64,000 nt of DNA from Acidobacteriota bacterium (GCA_963663035.1 OY760074.1:3008001-3072000), one strand, 5' to 3'; shown: positions 29,395 to 38,969, counted from the stretch's first letter. Notes: a model not told the origin generated them from the sequence alone. A program made the numbers and translations.

Positions 29395-29664
29395 TGCTCA
29401 CTTCCATAAATACGGTGATCTTTGTTGCGGCCGCTGCGCCCACGGATTCAAGGCGCTCCGACGAGTCGATACGGAAAATCGGCGAGGAGAAGCAACAAAG
29501 AAGACGGGGGTGCAGCGCCGCAACCCTTTGGGCGGAGGGGGGTTGTGGTCGATCTCTTCGTCGCTCGTCGTCGACGATGTCCGGACATCGCCTCCTTCTC
29601 GCTCCTCGACCTCGCCTCACAAGCCCCCTCCGCAAATGTCACCCTATTTATGGAAGGGAGCACC
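29393..29664 (-). mobile_element. MITE-like element family C, copy C4 (reverse orientation)
   Basis: TIRs AGTGCTCACTTCCATAAATA / TATTTATGGAAGGGAGCAC; fills the gap between two convergent stop codons. Confidence 0.85.
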
Positions 29665-30104
29665 TAACCCTCTCCTTCTGTGGCTTTCTCGTTTTCTTCT
29701 TTCAGTTTCTTGCCCCACTCTTGAAAACGCTCCACCTCAGCCGAGGAATGATTGCTCTCGACAAATTGTTCGCAGACTTCTATCGCCTCCAGAAAGGCTT
29801 TTTGCTTCTCTAAGGCCCGAATCAGTTTCTCATAGGCTTCTGCCCACTTAGGGTTATATGTCACCGCCTGTCGGTACCTCTCCGCTGCAGCCTTGAAGTT
29901 GTCACGGCGGTAGTAGAAATCGCCGACTTCTACATGCTCTCTAGCCTTCAGGGGGTCAGGTTCGGGAGGAGTTTCCTGAACCTGCTCATCCGTGGGATCC
30001 ACCCGAATGAGCACTGGTTTCCTCTTGGATTGCTGTTCCTGGCCCAACAGAGGACAAGCAAGAAGCAGGAGAAAAAAGGCATGAAAATAGATGAAAGACC
30101 TCAT
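29664..30104 (-). CDS. Secreted TPR protein
   Basis: Signal peptide; VGDFYYRRDNFKAAAERYRQAV..NP TPR. Confidence 0.75.
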   Translation of the reverse strand: MRSFIYFHAFFLLLLACPLLGQEQQSKRKPVLIRVDPTDEQVQETPPEPDPLKAREHVEVGDFYYRRDNFKAAAERYRQAVTYNPKWAEAYEKLIRALEKQKAFLEAIEVCEQFVESNHSSAEVERFQEWGKKLKEENEKATEGEG

Positions 30105-30139
30105 CTGTTAAGAAGTCAGTTTATTTCACTTTTTACCTC

Positions 30140-30168
30140 TTGTCAAAACTGAAAGAGGATGCTAGGCT
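30140..30168 (+). promoter_or_regulatory. Putative sigma70 promoter for the hfq-like gene
   Basis: TTGTCA-17-TAGGCT with an extended TG. Confidence 0.45.
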
Positions 30169-30257
30169 ATGTGTCAGTAAGCTTTTTCAAGCATCTGAAC
30201 CTTTATCAATTGTCCGTCTAACGTTGAGGGAGAGGGTTTTTTCTGAGGTAGATCGTT

Positions 30258-30620
30258 ATGGTTAACCGGAAACTAATTCGTCCGTCGCTGTCCAATCTGC
30301 GAGAGCAACCACCGTCGAAATACGTTGAGAGCCAAAGAAAGAGGGTGCCTCCAGAAGGGACCAATGCCGAGCAGTACTACTATCTCAAGCAAATGTCGAG
30401 CAAGACCCCGATGGTGGTAACTCTGCTTGACGGTGAGGAAATCTTCGGAATGATTGAATGGTATGACAAAAGCTGCATCAAAGTGAACCGGGAAACCAAG
30501 CCGAACTTGCTCATCCCAAAACACGTCATCAAATATATCTACAAAGAAAACGAAGTCAAAGAATTTGGCGGAAACGTCATATTCGAGAGCGAGAGTGAGA
30601 GTGAGAGTGAGAGTGAGTGA
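30258..30620 (+). CDS. Hfq/LSm-like RNA chaperone with an ES-repeat acidic tail
   Basis: KTPMVVTLLDGEEIFGMIEWYDK (Sm1-like) and LLIPKHVIKYI (Sm2-like KH motif). Confidence 0.75.
   Translation: MVNRKLIRPSLSNLREQPPSKYVESQRKRVPPEGTNAEQYYYLKQMSSKTPMVVTLLDGEEIFGMIEWYDKSCIKVNRETKPNLLIPKHVIKYIYKENEVKEFGGNVIFESESESESESE
30585..30617 (+). repeat. (GAGAGT)n hexamer microsatellite encoding ESESESESESE
   Basis: GAGAGC followed by GAGAGT x4 and GAG. Confidence 0.85.
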
Positions 30621-30626
30621 GATGAA

Positions 30627-31616
30627 ATGAAGCAGGCTGAACCCGTGAAGGGGTTTCCCGTCGTTTTCTCGACAGGGGATCCTCATGGGATCGGCCCAGA
30701 AGTCATCCTGAAAGCACTTCCCAGATTCCTCGCCTCGCAAACCATTCACCCTATTATTTTTGGAGATGCCAAGTACCTCAAAGGACTTCGGCAGGACCTG
30801 GGTTTGTCTCCAGATCTGGATCAGGTGGAGGTCATCACGGCTGCTCATTATGACTATCCTCCCGCCTGGGGGAAATTGGAGGAGAAAGCCGGCCACTTTG
30901 CCCTGCAGTGCTTGCGCCGCGCCGTCCAGTATTGCCGAGACAAAGGTCTCCCACTGCTGGTGACCGGACCAATCAACAAGAAAGCCACCCATCTTGCGGG
31001 ATCTGCCAATCCAGGTCAGACTGAGGCAGTGGCCTCCTTTTTCCCGGACAGTGAGCCGGTCATGACTTTTTTTTCAGATCGCCTGCGGGTTCTTCTCCTC
31101 ACCGTTCATATTCCTCTGCGGGAAGTCCCGTCAGCCCTCGACCCCGATGAGCTGGTGCGCAAGACCGAGGCTTTCCTTGAAGCCCTGCGCTCGATTGGAA
31201 TTCCTCAGCCTCGACTGGCTCTTTGCGGTCTGAACCCTCACGCTTCCGAGGAAGGTCTATTTGGTGAAGAGGAGCAAACCGTTCTCGAGCCTGCCGTTCA
31301 AATCTTGAACCAAAGGCACGGTTCCGACACAGTCACTGGCCCTTTTCCTGCCGACACGATTTTCCGTAGAGCCCTTGCAAACGAATTTGACGGTGTCATC
31401 GCCTTATACCACGACCAGGGGCTGATTCCTCTGAAACTGGTGGCATTCGAATCTGCAGTCAACGTGACCCTGGGTCTTCCACTGCTACGAACCTCCCCTG
31501 ATCATGGGACCGCCTTTGAAATCGCAGGACTTGGTGTCGCCGATGCCCAAAGCATGGGTGCGGCCATTGAATGGGGAATCCGGCTGGCTAAGCCTAGAAG
31601 CCGGGATTATGCATAG
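30627..31616 (+). CDS. pdxA: 4-hydroxythreonine-4-phosphate dehydrogenase PdxA
   Basis: GDPHGIGPE, TGPINK, GLNPHA.E, YHDQGLIPLK, RTSPDHGTAF; stop lies inside element A2. Confidence 0.92.
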   Translation: MKQAEPVKGFPVVFSTGDPHGIGPEVILKALPRFLASQTIHPIIFGDAKYLKGLRQDLGLSPDLDQVEVITAAHYDYPPAWGKLEEKAGHFALQCLRRAVQYCRDKGLPLLVTGPINKKATHLAGSANPGQTEAVASFFPDSEPVMTFFSDRLRVLLLTVHIPLREVPSALDPDELVRKTEAFLEALRSIGIPQPRLALCGLNPHASEEGLFGEEEQTVLEPAVQILNQRHGSDTVTGPFPADTIFRRALANEFDGVIALYHDQGLIPLKLVAFESAVNVTLGLPLLRTSPDHGTAFEIAGLGVADAQSMGAAIEWGIRLAKPRSRDYA

Positions 31617-31747
31617 GTTTTCGTGACGAAGTGCCGCTGGCGCCGCGATGACAAGGAGCCCAAGGGGTACCCGCTTGCGGGTCGCACAACGCAGTCAGCG
31701 TGGATGATTGCGGCACTGCAGTAGAAAACTTATGCATTATCCCGGCT
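31599..31747 (+). mobile_element. MITE-like element family AB (A-type ends), short copy A2
   Basis: TIRs AGCCGGGATTATGCATA / TATGCATTATCCCGGCT; internal deletion relative to A1. Confidence 0.85.
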
Positions 31748-32422
31748 AAGGACATGCTCATAGGCTCGTTGGCAAGCTTGCAGATTGAAGTGAACAAGAG
31801 CCTCGCTCGAAAACAAGAAGGCTTGCCCTAAAGCCCGGTAGAACTTCGCCAGATCGCCCACTTCGTAAAGAGGCACAAGGTACTCCGCCTTCAGGAGAAA
31901 GTAGTGGGAGAAAAGCGAGACAGTCAGCCGGGAGAATTTCGGGAAGGGGTGAATCTCGTACAGCCGCATCTGGGAGAGGCTCATCTGCTCGATGGCATGC
32001 ATCTCGGCAAAGCTCGGACTCTGGACCCACTCAAAAAAACGGTCAACTGCCCTGGGAACGAGTTCAGGTGCCACCGGTTCGTGGGTGGACGTAACTGGCT
32101 GGCTGGGAGTCTGTCGGTAGGGATCTCCTGGATCCGAAGCCACAAAGCTGTGAAGATGAAGTAAATCGCTTGAATCCAGCTCTTCAAGAGCTTTGTCGAG
32201 CCCAAGCAGGGCCGAGAACATTGCTGTTGCCTGGGAGCGGGGAACCTCAGCCTCACCCAACTGAGGAACTTGTTGGGACACCTTACCCAGTTCGTATTCT
32301 AAAAGCTGTGGTGCAAGCTCCTTGTGAATGAGGGACCGCAGATCGGCGGCCTGTTTGTCCAACAGCTGTCTTTGCTGGCTGAGTGATGCAAATTGCTGGG
32401 CTAACGTGAGGGGAAAGTGCAC
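31730..32422 (-). CDS. Fic/Fido-fold protein with degenerate active-site motif
   Basis: LLHLH...YRQ...VDRFFEW...HAIE...LYEIHPFPKFSRL; AGGAG SD before GTG 32422. Confidence 0.65.
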   Translation of the reverse strand: MHFPLTLAQQFASLSQQRQLLDKQAADLRSLIHKELAPQLLEYELGKVSQQVPQLGEAEVPRSQATAMFSALLGLDKALEELDSSDLLHLHSFVASDPGDPYRQTPSQPVTSTHEPVAPELVPRAVDRFFEWVQSPSFAEMHAIEQMSLSQMRLYEIHPFPKFSRLTVSLFSHYFLLKAEYLVPLYEVGDLAKFYRALGQAFLFSSEALVHFNLQACQRAYEHVLSRDNA

Positions 32423-32433
32423 CCAGCTACTCC

Positions 32434-33912
32434 TCAGCTGGAAACCATTTCCACCAGGGTTCGAACTCCGAAACCGGTGGAGCCTTTGAGCTCTGAGCTT
32501 TCCTTGAACAAGTCGACCCCCGCCATATCGATGTGACACCAGGGGACGTCTTCCACAAATTCCTCCAGGAACTTGGCTGCTATTATGGCGCCTCCCCAGC
32601 GACCTCCAACATTCTTGATATCGGCAATTTGACTCTTGATTGCCCTTCGATATTCCTCATCCATCGGCAACCGCCAGAACTTCTCCCCGGAGCGCTCCGA
32701 GGCCTGGAAAAGCTTTTCACAAAGCTCGTCATTATTACTGAACAAGCCAGCTCGAAGCTGTCCCAGAGCAATGACAATAGCACCCGTAAGGGTTGCAATA
32801 TCGACCATGTATTGCGGCTGAAGCTGCCGACCATAGCAGAGAGCATCGGCCAGGATGAGACGGCCTTCCGCGTCGGTGTTGAGGACCTCAATGGTCTTTC
32901 CACTCATGGAGCGGACGACGTCTCCCGGACGCTGTGCTCGCCCACTGGGAAGGTTTTCGACAGCCGGGATGATCCCGACAATATTTTTCTTAACCTGGAG
33001 CTGAGCAATGGCTTGCATGGCGGCCAGCACTGCACAGGCCCCAGATTTATCATACTTCATCTGCTCCATCGATTTGGCGCCTTTCAGAGAGAGGCCGCCG
33101 CTGTCAAAAGTGACCCCCTTCCCCACCAGGACAATGGGCTTTTCCTTACCCTCCGCTGCTCCGGAGTGTCGAAGCACGATAAATCGGGCAGGTTCATCAC
33201 TTCCTCGGGCCACTGCAAGGATGGCCCCCATTTGCTTCTCCTCCATTTCGGGCTCACCCAGCACTTCGATCTCCAAACCGTACTTTTCGGCGATCTCAGT
33301 GGCTGTCTGGGCAAGGACAGAGGGATTGACCCGGTTACCGGGTTCGTTTGCCAGTCGCCTGGCTAAATTCGTGGCTTGGGCCACAATCTCACCACGCTTC
33401 ATTGCCTCTTCAACTTTAGCCAGCCCCTGATCCAGCTCAGTAACAAAGAGGATTTCCTCGATGAAGTTCTTCGCCTTGTCCTCGGTCTTATAGTCATCGC
33501 CAGCATAGGTAGCCATAACCAATCCTTCCACCACAGCCTGAGCGGCCAGGGCAGGTTCAACCTGGCTCCGGTGGTAGACGGCGACCTTCTTTAACTTGTA
33601 GCTCTTCACCGTACGCACGGCCTGCATGATGAGGGTTCGAATAGCTTGAGCATCGTAGCTCTTTCCTTTTCCCGCTCCCAACAGGATGAGTCGGCCGGTG
33701 GGGAGTTGACTCGGCCGGTAGATGACCGAAATTTGGCCGGCTTTCGACGTCCACTCTTCAGTGCTCTTGAGCTCACTGAGTAGGCCGCCCAGTTTTTCAT
33801 CCAGTGCGCTGGTGAACTCCTCTCCAGTTTTCTGTTCGTCCTCAAAGAGGGGAACGATGAGTGCGTCACACTCGATAGAATCCCACGTCCCTTTAGCGAG
33901 TCGGATCTTCAT
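32434..33912 (-). CDS. pepA: Leucyl aminopeptidase (M17)
   Basis: VGKGVTFDSGG, MKYDK, NTDAEGRL, ATLTGA. Confidence 0.95.
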   Translation of the reverse strand: MKIRLAKGTWDSIECDALIVPLFEDEQKTGEEFTSALDEKLGGLLSELKSTEEWTSKAGQISVIYRPSQLPTGRLILLGAGKGKSYDAQAIRTLIMQAVRTVKSYKLKKVAVYHRSQVEPALAAQAVVEGLVMATYAGDDYKTEDKAKNFIEEILFVTELDQGLAKVEEAMKRGEIVAQATNLARRLANEPGNRVNPSVLAQTATEIAEKYGLEIEVLGEPEMEEKQMGAILAVARGSDEPARFIVLRHSGAAEGKEKPIVLVGKGVTFDSGGLSLKGAKSMEQMKYDKSGACAVLAAMQAIAQLQVKKNIVGIIPAVENLPSGRAQRPGDVVRSMSGKTIEVLNTDAEGRLILADALCYGRQLQPQYMVDIATLTGAIVIALGQLRAGLFSNNDELCEKLFQASERSGEKFWRLPMDEEYRRAIKSQIADIKNVGGRWGGAIIAAKFLEEFVEDVPWCHIDMAGVDLFKESSELKGSTGFGVRTLVEMVSS

Positions 33913-34364
33913 TTTTTTCTCCGTTTTAGTTCAATCTCTACTTCCCGTTTAATGGTTCTTTGTCGTTCCTTCTCCCTTTTATCGTGAATCTGCTTTCCTC
34001 TCACCAAGGCAATCTCCACCTTGACCTTTCCATCTTTAAAATAGAGAGAGAGGGGAACCAGTGTCAATCCACGTCTCTCAGTCTTGCCGATAAGCTTATT
34101 AATCTCTCGGCGATGCAGGAGGAGCTTTCTGGAACGCAATGGTTCGTGAGTGGAGACGCTGCCATGAGAATAGGGTCCGATGTGGCAGTTTTCGAGCCAC
34201 GCTTCCCCCTTTTTGATTCTGGCATAGCTTTCTCTCAGACTGACTTTGCGCTCACGGAGTGCTTTCACTTCGCTTCCGTGTAAGACAATTCCCGCCTCGA
34301 AACGATCCAGAATATCATACTCGTGAAAGGCCTTCTTATTCTTACCCACCAACTGTTCGGACAT
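33909..34364 (-). CDS. smpB: SsrA-binding protein
   Basis: NKKAFHEY, EAGIVL.GSEVK, RKLLLH, DKRE. Confidence 0.96.
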   Translation of the reverse strand: MSEQLVGKNKKAFHEYDILDRFEAGIVLHGSEVKALRERKVSLRESYARIKKGEAWLENCHIGPYSHGSVSTHEPLRSRKLLLHRREINKLIGKTERRGLTLVPLSLYFKDGKVKVEIALVRGKQIHDKREKERQRTIKREVEIELKRRKK

Positions 34365-34367
34365 GGC

Positions 34368-35210
34368 TTAGTCCTTCGGCATCCCATTGAGAAACGCAGC
34401 CAGGGCTCTCTGCCAGGATCGGAGCAAGGGGATCCCTTCGAGTTCCAAGCAATAGTTCTCGAGCACGGAATAGGCGGGACGCCGAGTCTGAGTCAAGTCC
34501 CTTGAACTCTCGATGGGATTGACTTCGAGGCTACACCCACTGAGAGAGACAATCTCAAAAGCCAACTCATGCCAGGAGCAGTTTCCTGAGTTCGTGACAT
34601 GAAAAGTGCCCATCTTTCCTCCTTCAACCAGACAGAGCGTCATATAGGCCAGATCAGTGCTGAAGGTGGGACTGCCTTGCTGATCAACCACCACATCCAG
34701 GCGCTCTTTCCTCTGAGCAAGGCTCAAAATCTTCTGGACGAAATGAGATCCTCCTGCTCCAAACAGCCAGCTTGTGCGAATGATCAAGTGCACAGGGCAA
34801 TGTGAGCGGACAAAACTTTCACCAGCCAGTTTTGATCGCCCATATTCGTTAACTGGGTTGACCGAATCCCACTCCCGGTAGGGCCGACCCTGTGTGCCAT
34901 CAAAGACGTAGTCGGAGCTGTAGTACACCACGCCACTTCCGTTTTCAAAGGCTGCCACAGCCATATTTCGTGCTCCCAGGGCGTTGACCCGATAGGCCTC
35001 CAAGGGCTTGACCTCGGCTTTATCGACGTTCGTAAAGGCAGCAGTGTGGAGAATCCAATCCGGTTTTAAATCGGAAACAAGATGGCGCACAGCCTCCAGT
35101 GAGGTAACGTCGGGTTTGCGGGAAGAGAGAGGGTAAAGGGTATGCTTGGCAAAGGTTTTACACAGCGCCTGCCCCAGCATTCCTTGAGCGCCTGTAATAG
35201 CAATTTTCAT
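34368..35210 (-). CDS. rfbD: dTDP-4-dehydrorhamnose reductase
   Basis: ITGAQGMLG, AAFTNVD, SSDYVFDG, YGRSK, DQQGSPT. Confidence 0.92.
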   Translation of the reverse strand: MKIAITGAQGMLGQALCKTFAKHTLYPLSSRKPDVTSLEAVRHLVSDLKPDWILHTAAFTNVDKAEVKPLEAYRVNALGARNMAVAAFENGSGVVYYSSDYVFDGTQGRPYREWDSVNPVNEYGRSKLAGESFVRSHCPVHLIIRTSWLFGAGGSHFVQKILSLAQRKERLDVVVDQQGSPTFSTDLAYMTLCLVEGGKMGTFHVTNSGNCSWHELAFEIVSLSGCSLEVNPIESSRDLTQTRRPAYSVLENYCLELEGIPLLRSWQRALAAFLNGMPKD

Positions 35211-35262
35211 GTCCTCAGCACGAACTCGGCACCTGAGGTGCCTTGGCACAAGTGCCTCTCCC

Positions 35263-36291
35263 TCACAAGTCCTTCAAAGTCTGATCCCGGTTTTCATACG
35301 TCTTCTCGTAATAATCCTGATAACTACCGTTGCGCACATGGCTGACCCACTGAGAGTTCTCCTGATACCAGCGCACGGTCTGGGCAAGACCTTCTGAGAG
35401 GGGGATCTGGGGCTTCCAACTCAGTTCCCGTCTCAGACGTGTCGCGTCAATCGCGTATCGGCGGTCATGACCAGGACGATCCTTGACGAACTGGATGAGC
35501 TCAGGAGACTTTTCTAATAGGGCAAGAATCTGCTGTACCATGTCCAGGTTCTGTCTCTCCTGATCACTTCCAATGTTATAGACTCGGCCGGGACGGCCTT
35601 CCATCAGCACACAGTGAAGCGCCCTGCAATGATCCCTGACATGAATCCAGTCGCGCCTGTGCAGTCCGTCTCCGTAAACTGGGAGGGGTTTGTTCTCCAG
35701 CGCATTGAGAATCATCAGGGGAAGCAATTTCTCCGGAAATTGATAGGGACCATAATTGTTGCTACAGCGGGTCACCAGCACATCCATTCCATAGGTTTTA
35801 TGATAGGAGCGAATCAGGAGATCTGCGGCAGCTTTACTAGCGGCATAGGGGCTGTTGGGAGCAAGAGGGCTTTCCTCGGTGAATTTCCCCGTCTCTCCCA
35901 GGGACCCATACACTTCGTCAGTGGAGACTTGGATGAATCTTGTGACTTTCTTTCTGCGACAGACCTCGAGTAAGAGGTGAGTTCCCTCGATGTTCGTTCG
36001 CACAAAAACGGTGGAGTCCAGAATGCTGCGATCCACATGGGTTTCTGCGGCGAAGTTAATGACAGCATCGACTCCCTGGCTGATACCTCTCTCAACATCC
36101 CGGACGGAAGTGATATCCCCACGCATGAAAGTGTAGCGAGGATGAGAGGACAGTTGGGAAAGGTTTGCCAGGTTTCCGGAATAGCTTAGGCAATCGAAGT
36201 TCAGAATTTGAACGTCCTTCTGCTCCTCCAGCATGTGGTGGATGAAGTTTGAGCCAATGAACCCTGCGCCACCAGTCACTAACAGTTTCAC
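35263..36291 (-). CDS. rfbB: dTDP-glucose 4,6-dehydratase
   Basis: TGGAGFIG, AAETHVD, STDEVYG, YAASK, NNYGP, RPGHDRRY. Confidence 0.95.
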   Translation of the reverse strand: MKLLVTGGAGFIGSNFIHHMLEEQKDVQILNFDCLSYSGNLANLSQLSSHPRYTFMRGDITSVRDVERGISQGVDAVINFAAETHVDRSILDSTVFVRTNIEGTHLLLEVCRRKKVTRFIQVSTDEVYGSLGETGKFTEESPLAPNSPYAASKAAADLLIRSYHKTYGMDVLVTRCSNNYGPYQFPEKLLPLMILNALENKPLPVYGDGLHRRDWIHVRDHCRALHCVLMEGRPGRVYNIGSDQERQNLDMVQQILALLEKSPELIQFVKDRPGHDRRYAIDATRLRRELSWKPQIPLSEGLAQTVRWYQENSQWVSHVRNGSYQDYYEKTYENRDQTLKDL

Positions 36292-36314
36292 AGTAAATTC
36301 TTATAACTCCGTTT

Positions 36315-37073
36315 TCATGATTTCCGGGCAAGTCTTTTGGTAGTGTGCCCGCTCTTTTCTTTCCTCTGTGCGACCAACTTGTTTGCTAGCTGAAGAGACT
36401 CGAAGGTGCCGGCGTCGGTCCACCAACCCTCCAGGATGTCGTAGGTCAAAGCTCCCCACTCGATATATCGATTGTTGACATCCGTAATTTCCAGTTCGCC
36501 TCGCTGGGAAGGTTCAAGAGTGTTAATGATATCGAACACTCGGGAATCATACATGTAAATCCCCGTCACGGCGTATTTGGAAGGTGCCACTTCCGGCTTC
36601 TCGCAGATCTTTACCACTTTGTCGCCTTCCAGCACAGGTACTCCAAAGCGCTCACATTCAGGAACCTCTTTCAAAAGAATCTTGGCCCCTTCGGCCTGTT
36701 TTTTGAATTTCTCCACATAGGTGCGAATCGAATCCTCAATGATGTTGTCTCCCAGGTACACACACAGAAGATCCTCCCCCGCGAAATGCTTGGCCAGTGA
36801 AAGCGCATCTGCAATTCCACCCTCTCCCTCCTGGTAGGCAAAGTGCAGATGATGAAGACCGAATTCCCGACCATTCCCCAGTAAACGGAGAAAATCGCCG
36901 GCATTGTTTCCCCCCGTTACGACCATGATGTCGGTGATACCGGCATCGACCAACACTTCCAGAGGATAAAAGATCATGGGTTTGTCATAGACAGGCAAGA
37001 GGTGCTTGTTTGTCACCTTGGTCAAAGGTCGAAGCCGCGTACCCAATCCTCCTGCCAAAATGATTCCCTTCAT
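36315..37073 (-). CDS. Glucose-1-phosphate thymidylyltransferase-type sugar nucleotidyltransferase
   Basis: LAGGLGTRL, NKHLLPVYDKPMI, LGDN, EKP, RGELEITD, WTDAGT. Confidence 0.9.
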   Translation of the reverse strand: MKGIILAGGLGTRLRPLTKVTNKHLLPVYDKPMIFYPLEVLVDAGITDIMVVTGGNNAGDFLRLLGNGREFGLHHLHFAYQEGEGGIADALSLAKHFAGEDLLCVYLGDNIIEDSIRTYVEKFKKQAEGAKILLKEVPECERFGVPVLEGDKVVKICEKPEVAPSKYAVTGIYMYDSRVFDIINTLEPSQRGELEITDVNNRYIEWGALTYDILEGWWTDAGTFESLQLANKLVAQRKEKSGHTTKRLARKS

Positions 37074-37096
37074 GGTCTCTCCAAAAACGCGTTATG

Positions 37097-38191
37097 TTAT
37101 CTGATCCCAGCAGATGCCCGCAAATGACTATACAGATTCTCCGTCTCCTGGAGCTTCCGCTCTAAAGTAAAATTTTCTTCAATCCGTTGCCGTCCAGCCT
37201 GTCCCATCCTTTGGCGGAGCTGGCCAGACCCAAGGAGTTTGCACAAGGCCTCGGCCAGCTGATCCGGATCGTTTGGAGGAACGACAATGCCGGTTTCGCC
37301 GTCGATGACCAGCTCGGGAATTCCCCCCACCTGAGTCGCTATGACGGGTAGCCGGCTGGCCATGGCGACTAGAATTGCTGAGCTCAGCCCTTCCGAGAGA
37401 GAGGGAAGACAAAAAATATCAAACCTCTTCATCAAGGCCTCGCTGTCAGAACGGAAGCCGGTAAGAAGAACATGATTCTGAATGCCCAATTCCTGAATCA
37501 TTTCAGCTAACTCGGACATCAGTTCGCCCCTTCCCACCAAGACGAAGTGAACATCCGAGACCTTGGACATGATCCTGGCAGCAACCTCCAGAAGAATACG
37601 ATGTCCCTTTTCAGGGCTCAAATGGGCCACCGTGCCGACCAGCAAACGATGGCTGACTTCGGCAAGGGGTTCTGGTTGTTGAGAGTCGAGCCAAGCCAGA
37701 TCAACCCCTTCGTAAATCACATGGATCAGATCGGGGCGGATACCCCCATCAATCAGGGTTTGGCAGATGCTGATGGAGACAGTCACGACACATTCCTGCA
37801 TCCAATTGTATTTCAGGTGGCTCAGCGGCGACTTGAGAGGAAAGTTGACGCGCCTTGAACAAACTCGAAGGGGTACTCCGCAGAGCCTTGAAGCCAGTCC
37901 CCCGGCAAGAAGAGCTCGAGGGCCATTGAGGTGAATGATGTCAAAATCTCTCTTTCGTAGGATGTTCCACAGCTGAAACAGGGCCCAAGGACTCAGTTCG
38001 CTTCGCTGTTCAAAGGGAAAGGTTTCAATCCCCCCATCTCGGGCTTTACTGCTCAAGAGGGAGCCCGACGGCGCCGCCAGCGAGACTTGATGTTGACGTT
38101 GTTTGATTCCCACCATCAGGGTAAGGAGCTGTTCCTGACCGCCACGCCATTCCCTGTCGGTGTCCACGTAAAGGATTTTTAGACTATTCAT
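37097..38191 (-). CDS. GT4 family glycosyltransferase
   Basis: WRGGQEQ, EKGH, PSLSEGL, VGGIPE. Confidence 0.9.
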   Translation of the reverse strand: MNSLKILYVDTDREWRGGQEQLLTLMVGIKQRQHQVSLAAPSGSLLSSKARDGGIETFPFEQRSELSPWALFQLWNILRKRDFDIIHLNGPRALLAGGLASRLCGVPLRVCSRRVNFPLKSPLSHLKYNWMQECVVTVSISICQTLIDGGIRPDLIHVIYEGVDLAWLDSQQPEPLAEVSHRLLVGTVAHLSPEKGHRILLEVAARIMSKVSDVHFVLVGRGELMSELAEMIQELGIQNHVLLTGFRSDSEALMKRFDIFCLPSLSEGLSSAILVAMASRLPVIATQVGGIPELVIDGETGIVVPPNDPDQLAEALCKLLGSGQLRQRMGQAGRQRIEENFTLERKLQETENLYSHLRASAGIR

Positions 38192-38969
38192 CCTTGAGGT
38201 GAATCGGCATCTCCCTCGCTGTTCCCGCCTGGATTTCCCACAGTTTCAGGTACTTGAAAAGACTTGACACTGCAGCCAGAAAGGACACCGCCAAACCGGG
38301 TTTTCCGTCAAGAAACCCCAGCCGCAAGAGGTAGTTTTTCAAAAATATGGCAGGTGGATAGAAGATGAAGTGAGCCCACTGAGCTCTTTTGCCACTGTCA
38401 AAATGATCCCTGGCTGCCAAAGAGGAGAAAACCTCCAGTTGTTCCAGGTACTCGGAGAAGGATGCATACGTGTGGTGATAGAGTTGTCCCTTCAGTCTTG
38501 CGGTTGGACCGGTTACCTGCAAGGATTCGTGGACTCGTCCTCCCTGCCATCGGCCACAGGCTTTCTTGAACAAGCGCAATTGCCAGTCCGGATACCAGGT
38601 GGTGTGTTCAATCCAGCGCCCCATAAAAAATGTCTTTCGAGGAACATAATAACCGTTGCAGTTAATTTCCTGCTCCTTCCAATGGAGAATTTCTTCCGCA
38701 AGTTGGGGACTGAGCACTTCGTCTGCATCCAGAGAGAGTACCCACTCATAGCTGGCCTGGTCGGTGGCGAATTGTTTCTGATCCCGGTACCCCTCCCAGG
38801 ATTTCGGCAGAACACGCTCCGTGAAACGGCGGCAGACTTCCACTGTAGCATCTGTGCTGTGCGAGTCCACCACCACAATTTCATCACTGACTCCTTGTAG
38901 GCTGGCCAAAGCACGTTGAATCTTGACCTCTTCATTGTAGGTAATGAGCACCGCAGAGATTCTCTTCAC
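38184..38969 (-). CDS. GT2 family glycosyltransferase (WaaE/KdtX-like)
   Basis: ITYNEE, VDSHSTD, LDADE, YPD.QLRLF, VHE. Confidence 0.88.
   Translation of the reverse strand: MKRISAVLITYNEEVKIQRALASLQGVSDEIVVVDSHSTDATVEVCRRFTERVLPKSWEGYRDQKQFATDQASYEWVLSLDADEVLSPQLAEEILHWKEQEINCNGYYVPRKTFFMGRWIEHTTWYPDWQLRLFKKACGRWQGGRVHESLQVTGPTARLKGQLYHHTYASFSEYLEQLEVFSSLAARDHFDSGKRAQWAHFIFYPPAIFLKNYLLRLGFLDGKPGLAVSFLAAVSSLFKYLKLWEIQAGTAREMPIHLKDE

Noticed and set aside
33909-34364. tmRNA next to smpB
   Set aside because: smpB is tightly flanked by CDSs and no ssrA-like ends were seen.
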